From Bacteroidia bacterium (lineage in GTDB: Bacteria > Bacteroidota > Bacteroidia > JACCXN01): a stretch of 64,000 bases of DNA. Below the pieces are notes generated by a model. It was not told where the DNA came from, did no database searches, and was given only the letters and a program-made list of their open reading frames with translations. How positions within the stretch are numbered: the stretch's first letter is position 1; each line of letters begins with the position of its first letter. The stretch covers positions 1,056,009 to 1,120,008 of the forward strand of contig JBKBHS010000001.1 of the NCBI GenBank assembly GCA_046299555.1, read 5' to 3'. The translations under genes and the position numbers were made by a program. Below are positions 58,625-64,000 of this stretch, one piece after another.

Positions 58625-59791
58625 ATGTCTTTTTTAACAAGTAAAAATTACATTAATGGCAATGATGTAAAGCTTATAAAAAGTGGTAATGATTATTTTA
58701 ATACACTTGATAGAATTATAAATCACGCAAAACAAACAATTCATTTTCAAACATACATTTTTGAAGAAGATACAACCGGCAGACATGTTGCTGCACAATT
58801 GCTAAAAGCTGCTAAAAGAGGCGTAAAAGTATACTTATTGGTTGATGCTTATGCCAGTAGCAATTTAAGTTTAAAATTTACAAATCAATTAAAGCAATAT
58901 GGAATTGAAATAAGAAGATTTTCTCCTATACATTTTTGGAAATTTGAAACAGGAAGAAGGTTGCATCATAAAATTGTGGTTGTTGATACTGATTTTGCTT
59001 TAATAGGAGGTATTAATATTGCCGATAAATATAAAGGAGTAAACGAACAGGCATGGCTTGATTATGCTGTATTATTACAAGGTAAAATTGTATGGGATGC
59101 ATATATTTTATGTCATCAGATTTGGAATAAAAAACTTTATAAGCCTCGTTTAAAAAGAAAATTGAATATATCTTCTCATTCTTCTAATATAAAGGTTTTA
59201 CTTGCTCAACATGATTTTTTTAGACGTAAATTAGATATTTCAAGAAGCTATTTAAGTGCAATTAAAAATGCGCAAAATGAAATTTATTTAGTTTCCAGTT
59301 ATTTTATTCCGGGTAGAAAATATTTAAGAACATTAATTAAAGCTTCTAAAAGAGGTGTAAAAATACGTTTAATATTGGGTAAGCAATCAGATGTTCCAAT
59401 TGCTCAAAAAGCCACTTATTACTTATATCGAACCCTATTAGAAAATGATATTGAAATTTATGAATATAAACCCAGTGTTGTTCATGCTAAAGTGATGATG
59501 GTAGATGAACAATGGAGTACAGTAGGTTCTTTTAACCTAAATTTTATTAGTGAATACAATAGTATTGAATTAAACGTAAATATTGCAGACAGTAATTTTG
59601 CTCAAATATTAAAAGCTGAACTATTAAATATTATTAAAAATGATTGTGAGTTTGTAGATAAACATGATTATTTTTCAAAGCAATCCTTATTGAATAATTT
59701 ATTAAATCAGGTTTATTACAGCTTTGTTCGATTGTTATTTCGTATTTTATTTTTCTTTACAAAAAAAGATAAAACCTATGATATTGTTTAG
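58625..59791 (+). CDS. Phospholipase-D-like/cardiolipin-synthase-like protein with two HKD motifs
   Basis: HHKIVVVDTDFALIGGINI and HAKVMMVDEQWSTVGSFN (HxKx4D x2). No N-terminal TM helices, so it is ClsB-like. Confidence 0.7.
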   Translation: MSFLTSKNYINGNDVKLIKSGNDYFNTLDRIINHAKQTIHFQTYIFEEDTTGRHVAAQLLKAAKRGVKVYLLVDAYASSNLSLKFTNQLKQYGIEIRRFSPIHFWKFETGRRLHHKIVVVDTDFALIGGINIADKYKGVNEQAWLDYAVLLQGKIVWDAYILCHQIWNKKLYKPRLKRKLNISSHSSNIKVLLAQHDFFRRKLDISRSYLSAIKNAQNEIYLVSSYFIPGRKYLRTLIKASKRGVKIRLILGKQSDVPIAQKATYYLYRTLLENDIEIYEYKPSVVHAKVMMVDEQWSTVGSFNLNFISEYNSIELNVNIADSNFAQILKAELLNIIKNDCEFVDKHDYFSKQSLLNNLLNQVYYSFVRLLFRILFFFTKKDKTYDIV

Positions 59792-59847
59792 TTATTAGTT
59801 TAAAGTCATTAACCATTAGTTAATTAATTTGTTGATTTGATGATTTT

Positions 59848-59895
59848 TTGAATTGTTGAATTGTTGAATTGTTGAATTGTTGAATTGTTGAATTT
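59848..59895 (+). repeat. Tandem octamer array (TTGAATTG) x5 perfect + 1 imperfect
   Basis: Read directly: ttgaattg repeated head-to-tail, preceded by degenerate units (ttgatttg, atgatttt). Confidence 0.9.
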
Positions 59896-59912
59896 CAGAT
59901 TTGAAAATTTAT

Positions 59913-60019
59913 AACTCAATAACACAATAACTCAATAACTCAATAACACAATAACTCAATAACTCAGTTACCAATAACTCAATAATTCAATAATTCAATA
60001 ATTCAATAACTCAATAACC
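59913..60019 (+). repeat. Tandem octamer array (AACTCAAT / AACACAAT / AATTCAAT) x13, whose complement carries the same TTGARTT core as the upstream array
   Basis: Read directly. The reverse complement of the units is ATTGAGTT/ATTGAATT, so the two arrays present the core TTGA(A/G)TT in opposite orientations. Confidence 0.9.
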
Positions 60020-60056
60020 AAACCTTCTAACTTTTGGGCAAACAAGCTATATTTAG

Positions 60057-60064
60057 TAACTTTG
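60057..60064 (+). promoter_or_regulatory. Bacteroidota-type -7 box (TAACTTTG) with a TTG -33 candidate at 60034-60036, promoter of rocD
   Basis: Matches TAnnTTTG 17 bp upstream of the ATG. TTG lies 21 bp further upstream. It starts 38 bp downstream of the last octamer repeat (60019). Confidence 0.35.
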
Positions 60065-60080
60065 CATAAAATAGTTTGTT

Positions 60081-61325
60081 ATGGAAACGCTTATGTTAGA
60101 AAAAATCACGAGTCAGCAGGCAATAGAATTGGAAGAAAAGTATGGAGCACATAATTATCATCCAATACCGGTAGTATTAGAAAGAGGTGAAGGTGTTTAT
60201 TTATGGGATTTAGAGGGTAAACGTTATTATGATTTTCTTTCAGCTTATTCTGCCGTAAATCAGGGGCATTGCCACCCCAAAATTATTAAAGCACTTACAG
60301 AACAGGCAAAGAAACTCACGCTTACATCACGAGCGTTTTATAATGATAAATTAGGTTTAGCTGAAAAATATATTACCGAAACGTTTGGCTACGACAAAGC
60401 CTTGTTTATGAACAGTGGTGCCGAAGCCAATGAAACGGCCATAAAATTAGCCAGAAGATGGGGTTATGATGTAAAAGGAATTGAGAAAGATAAAGCAGTA
60501 ATAATTGCTGTTGAAGGCAATTTTCATGGAAGAACAACTACTGTAATTTCTGCTTCTACCGACCCTGATTCAAGAGGAGGTTTTGGCCCATTTATGCCCG
60601 GTTTTGAAATTATACCTTACAATAATATTGAAGCATTAGAAAAAGCTTTGCAAAATAAAAATGTGTGTGCTTTTTGGCTTGAGCCAATACAAGGAGAAGC
60701 AGGCGTATATGTGCCCGAAGATGGTTATTTAGCTAAAGCAAGAGAGCTTTGTACTAAGTATAATGTATTATTAATGATTGATGAAGTACAAACAGGAATT
60801 GCCCGTACCGGAAAAATGCTTGCCAGCGACCATGAAAATGTGCGTGCCGATGTTTTAATTTTAGGTAAAGCCTTATCGGGTGGTGTATTGCCGGTATCTT
60901 GTGTGTTAGCAGATGATGAAATAATGCTAACAATAAAACCCGGACAACATGGTTCTACCTTTGGAGGTAATCCTTTAGCATGTGCTGTATGTATTGCATC
61001 GTTAGAGGTTGTAAAAGAAGAAAAACTAGCTGAGAATGCAGCGCTTTTGGGAGAACTATTTAGAGCTGAAATGCGCAAATTGCAAAGCGAGCGACCAGAT
61101 TTAATTTCTTTAGTAAGAGGAAAAGGTTTATTGAATGCCGTTATTATAAAACCAACCAAAGATGGCAGAACAGCTTGGGATGTTTGTATTAATTTAAAAG
61201 AAAATGGTTTACTGGCTAAACCAACTCATGGCGATATAATTCGTTTTGCCCCACCATTAATAATTACTGAAGAACAATTAATGGATTGTGTAAATATTAT
61301 AAGAAAAACAATTCTGGAGTTTTAA
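60081..61325 (+). CDS. rocD: Ornithine--oxo-acid aminotransferase (class-III PLP aminotransferase)
   Basis: [49 protein letters not shown] and PLP-lysine region ...LGKALSGG. Size and motifs fit OAT. Confidence 0.85.
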   Translation: METLMLEKITSQQAIELEEKYGAHNYHPIPVVLERGEGVYLWDLEGKRYYDFLSAYSAVNQGHCHPKIIKALTEQAKKLTLTSRAFYNDKLGLAEKYITETFGYDKALFMNSGAEANETAIKLARRWGYDVKGIEKDKAVIIAVEGNFHGRTTTVISASTDPDSRGGFGPFMPGFEIIPYNNIEALEKALQNKNVCAFWLEPIQGEAGVYVPEDGYLAKARELCTKYNVLLMIDEVQTGIARTGKMLASDHENVRADVLILGKALSGGVLPVSCVLADDEIMLTIKPGQHGSTFGGNPLACAVCIASLEVVKEEKLAENAALLGELFRAEMRKLQSERPDLISLVRGKGLLNAVIIKPTKDGRTAWDVCINLKENGLLAKPTHGDIIRFAPPLIITEEQLMDCVNIIRKTILEF

Positions 61326-61342
61326 AAATAGATACACAATAT

Positions 61343-61374
61343 AAAAAAGCCCGAAGTAATTCGGGCTTTTTTAT
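61343..61374. terminator. Bidirectional rho-independent terminator between rocD and aroK
   Basis: aaaaaagcccgaa-gtaa-ttcgggctttttt hairpin. Confidence 0.6.
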
Positions 61375-61406
61375 TGTTTGAACATTGAAATCATTATTAA
61401 TTTTAA

Positions 61407-61916
61407 TTATTTAATATATTTAACAATGGCATCTGCCACTTCTTCAGCGTTATGATCTTTGATAGAAATTTTAAACTGACTTTGCGAATAGTAAAATTCA
61501 CGTTCATCTAATAAATGAGATATATATTTTTTCATTTCTGATTCATTTTTGCCAAGCAATAAAGGGCGTTTATTAGAATCTTTTTGCAGACGGTCAAATA
61601 AACGTTCGCTGCTTAGTTTTAAATAAACGGTAATACCTTGATTGTTTAATTCTCTCATTAAATTATTATGACAAGGTAAACCGCCACCACAAGCAATTAC
61701 ACAATTATCTTTATTTTGTAAATTTTGTATAGTTAACTTTTCTAATTCTCTGAAATGTGATTCGCCATCTTTTTCAAAAATCTCGTTAATACTTTTTCCG
61801 GTAGATGCTACTATTTCATGATCCGTGTCAAAAAAACTTAGGTTTAATTTCTGAGCAAGTACTCTTGCAACAGAAGATTTTCCGCTGCCCATAAAACCTA
61901 CCAAAAATATTTTCAT
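61407..61916 (-). CDS. aroK: Shikimate kinase
   Basis: MKIFLVGFMGSGKSSVARVLAQKL Walker A and a size of 169 aa. Confidence 0.85.
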   Translation of the reverse strand: MKIFLVGFMGSGKSSVARVLAQKLNLSFFDTDHEIVASTGKSINEIFEKDGESHFRELEKLTIQNLQNKDNCVIACGGGLPCHNNLMRELNNQGITVYLKLSSERLFDRLQKDSNKRPLLLGKNESEMKKYISHLLDEREFYYSQSQFKISIKDHNAEEVADAIVKYIK

Positions 61917-61922
61917 ATCAAA

Positions 61923-63962
61923 TTAATAATTAAAATTCATCCCTAAATTATACATCATGAAGCTTAACACATCGGCCGATTCTTCAATTTGTTTGGAAGT
62001 AGGTTTACCTGCACCATGTCCTGCATTAACATCAATGCGGATTAATACAGGATTTGTTCCTTTGTGTTTTTCTTGTAAAGTAGCAGCAAATTTAAAAGAA
62101 TGAGCTGGCACTACGCGGTCATCATGATCACCGGTAGTAATTAAAGTTGCAGGATAATTTATACCTTCTTTTATATTATGTAGTGGAGAATATTTAATTA
62201 AATTTTTAAAATGAATTTCTTCATCGCTTGTGCCATAATCTGTAGCCCATGCATAGCCAATGGTGAATTTATGATAGCGAAGCATATCTAATACGCCAAC
62301 ACCCGGTAAGGCTACTTTAAATAAGTCGGGTCTTTGTGTCATTACTGCACCAACAAGTAATCCACCGTTGGAACGTCCTTCAATGGCTAATTTTTCAGGA
62401 GATGTATATTTTTCGTTAATTAAGTATTCGGCTGCTGCTATAAAATCGTCAAACACATTTTGCTTTTGTAATTGCGTACCTGCTTTGTGCCATTCTTTTC
62501 CATATTCGCCACCACCGCGTATATTAGCAACTGCATAAATACCTCCTTGTTCCATAAACACTGCACGCGATACACTAAATGATGGTGTAACACTAATATT
62601 AAACCCTCCATATCCATATAACAGTGTAGGATTATTGCCATCAAGTTTTATTCCTTTTTTATATGTAATAAACATGGGAACTTTTGTACCATCTTTACTC
62701 GTGTAAAATATTTGTTTGGTTTCATAATCATCGGAATTAAATTTAATCTCCGGTTTTTTATAAAGACTTACTTCGTTCTTATCAATATCATATTTGTAAA
62801 TACTGGTAGGAGCAGTAAAGGTACTGAACGAGAAAAATGCAATTGGTTCGTTTCTTTTTGCATTAAATCCACCAACAATTCCAACTCCCGGTAATTTGAT
62901 TTCATGTTTAAAATTTCCGTCTAAATCATATACTTCCAATCGGCTTTGCACATCTTTCATATATTTTGCCACCAATAAATTATTGCAAATGGTAACGCTT
63001 TCTAATACATCATTTTTTTCAGGTAGTATATCTTTCCAATTTTTACGTTGTGGATTTTTAGTATCAATTGCTATCAATCTTCCTTTTGGAGCATTGTCGT
63101 TTGTGAATACTAAAAGTATATCATTGTTATTATCAATAACATCATAATCGTATTCAAAACCATCCGCAATTTTTATAAAGTTTTTATCATTAGATTTCTT
63201 TATATACAAGGCATTGCCACTTGTAGAGACTGATTCGCTCATATACACAAAACTTTCGTCCTCTGTTGTTCCTGCATAAAAGCTATTGAGTGGGTTTTTA
63301 TCATCGCTGTAAACTAAAAAATCTTCGCTTTGTGGCGTTCCTATTCGATGATAATATACTTTGGCAAATTCATTTTTACCCGAAAAAGCTCTCTCTTTAT
63401 TAGGTTCATCATATCTTGTGTAAAAAAATCCGTCTCCTAACCATGCTGCATTACTAAATTTTATCCATTTTAACGTATCTCTCAAAATTTTGCCTGAAGG
63501 TAATTCCATTACATAATATTCTTTCCAGTCACTTCCGGCTTTAGAAACAGAAAATGCAGCATATTTTCCGTTATTGGAAACATCAAAGTTGGTTAATGCC
63601 GAAGTTCCATCAATTGAGAATTTATTTGGGTCTATTAAAACCTTTGGCTCATCGTTTAGATTGTTTAATATGTATAACACGCTTTGATTTTGAACACCAT
63701 CATTTTTATACATAAAATAAAAATTGCCCTTTTTAAAAGGAATACCGTATTTAGGAAAATCCCAAATTTCAGATAAACGTTCTTTAATTTTTTCTCGAAA
63801 TGGAATTTTGCTTAAGTAACTAAAGGTAACATCGTTTTGTTGTTTTACCCATTCTGCGGTTTCTTCTGAATTATCGTCTTCCAACCAACGATAGGGATCT
63901 TCAACAGGTGTTCCAAAATAATCGTCTACTTGATCTACTTTTTTAGTTTTAGGATAATTCAA
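61923..63962 (-). CDS. Prolyl oligopeptidase (S9A family)
   Basis: N-terminal DPYRWLEDDNSEET motif, beta-propeller region, and C-terminal catalytic domain with GRSNGGLLVGA (GxSxGG) and the Asp/His blocks. Confidence 0.85.
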   Translation of the reverse strand: MNYPKTKKVDQVDDYFGTPVEDPYRWLEDDNSEETAEWVKQQNDVTFSYLSKIPFREKIKERLSEIWDFPKYGIPFKKGNFYFMYKNDGVQNQSVLYILNNLNDEPKVLIDPNKFSIDGTSALTNFDVSNNGKYAAFSVSKAGSDWKEYYVMELPSGKILRDTLKWIKFSNAAWLGDGFFYTRYDEPNKERAFSGKNEFAKVYYHRIGTPQSEDFLVYSDDKNPLNSFYAGTTEDESFVYMSESVSTSGNALYIKKSNDKNFIKIADGFEYDYDVIDNNNDILLVFTNDNAPKGRLIAIDTKNPQRKNWKDILPEKNDVLESVTICNNLLVAKYMKDVQSRLEVYDLDGNFKHEIKLPGVGIVGGFNAKRNEPIAFFSFSTFTAPTSIYKYDIDKNEVSLYKKPEIKFNSDDYETKQIFYTSKDGTKVPMFITYKKGIKLDGNNPTLLYGYGGFNISVTPSFSVSRAVFMEQGGIYAVANIRGGGEYGKEWHKAGTQLQKQNVFDDFIAAAEYLINEKYTSPEKLAIEGRSNGGLLVGAVMTQRPDLFKVALPGVGVLDMLRYHKFTIGYAWATDYGTSDEEIHFKNLIKYSPLHNIKEGINYPATLITTGDHDDRVVPAHSFKFAATLQEKHKGTNPVLIRIDVNAGHGAGKPTSKQIEESADVLSFMMYNLGMNFNY

Positions 63963-64000
63963 TGCGATTTCTTTTACAGTAGATTCTGTTTTACATGAAT

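Noticed and set aside
59848-60019. Possible CRISPR-like array because of regularly spaced short repeats
   Set aside because: Units are only 8 bp and directly abutting with no unique spacers. No cas genes are anywhere in the window. It is a microsatellite-type tandem array, not CRISPR.
1-64000. tRNA, rRNA, other structured ncRNA genes or prophage/integrase content
   Set aside because: No GC-rich, cloverleaf-compatible segments stand out in the intergenic regions. All gaps larger than 100 bp were read and contain promoters, terminators or the octamer repeats. No integrase, transposase, capsid or terminase-like ORFs were seen.

Overview
This window looks like chromosomal DNA from a low-GC Bacteroidota genome (roughly one-third GC by eye, dense coding on both strands, Bacteroidota-type TAnnTTTG -7 promoter boxes, many T9SS C-terminal sorting domains). 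Recognisable housekeeping genes include lpxB (partial), surE, guaA, hemF, bshC, dnaN, arfB, rlmD, rocD and aroK, plus a prolyl oligopeptidase and a Ca-type P-type ATPase. No rRNA, tRNA, CRISPR array, transposase or integrase was found. The most striking region is 15.9-27.1 kb. It holds three tandem giant PKD-repeat surface proteins carrying the gliding-motility/T9SS type-B C-terminal domain. The first two share a 1716-bp stretch that is 100% identical at the nucleotide level (17543-19258 vs 21678-23393), and identity drops abruptly over the last ~130 bp of each gene. That pattern looks like a recent gene-conversion or mosaic event between adjacent adhesin paralogs. Other accessory-type content includes two more T9SS cargo genes at 7.3-11.4 kb (one with tandem SprB-like repeats) and a T9SS-tailed S8 peptidase. 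A co-directional cluster at 39.8-43.3 kb encodes a cytochrome-c-like/YVTN beta-propeller lipoprotein, a small lipoprotein and that S8 peptidase. There is a membrane-anchored patatin-like phospholipase, a stand-alone AddA-like helicase-nuclease next to a CPBP/Abi-family protease, and a LytS/LytTR - NfeD - Crp - PLD-like cluster. Upstream of rocD is an unusual intergenic array of octamer tandem repeats in two opposed orientations. All product calls are from reading motifs in the supplied translations by eye, with no database search.
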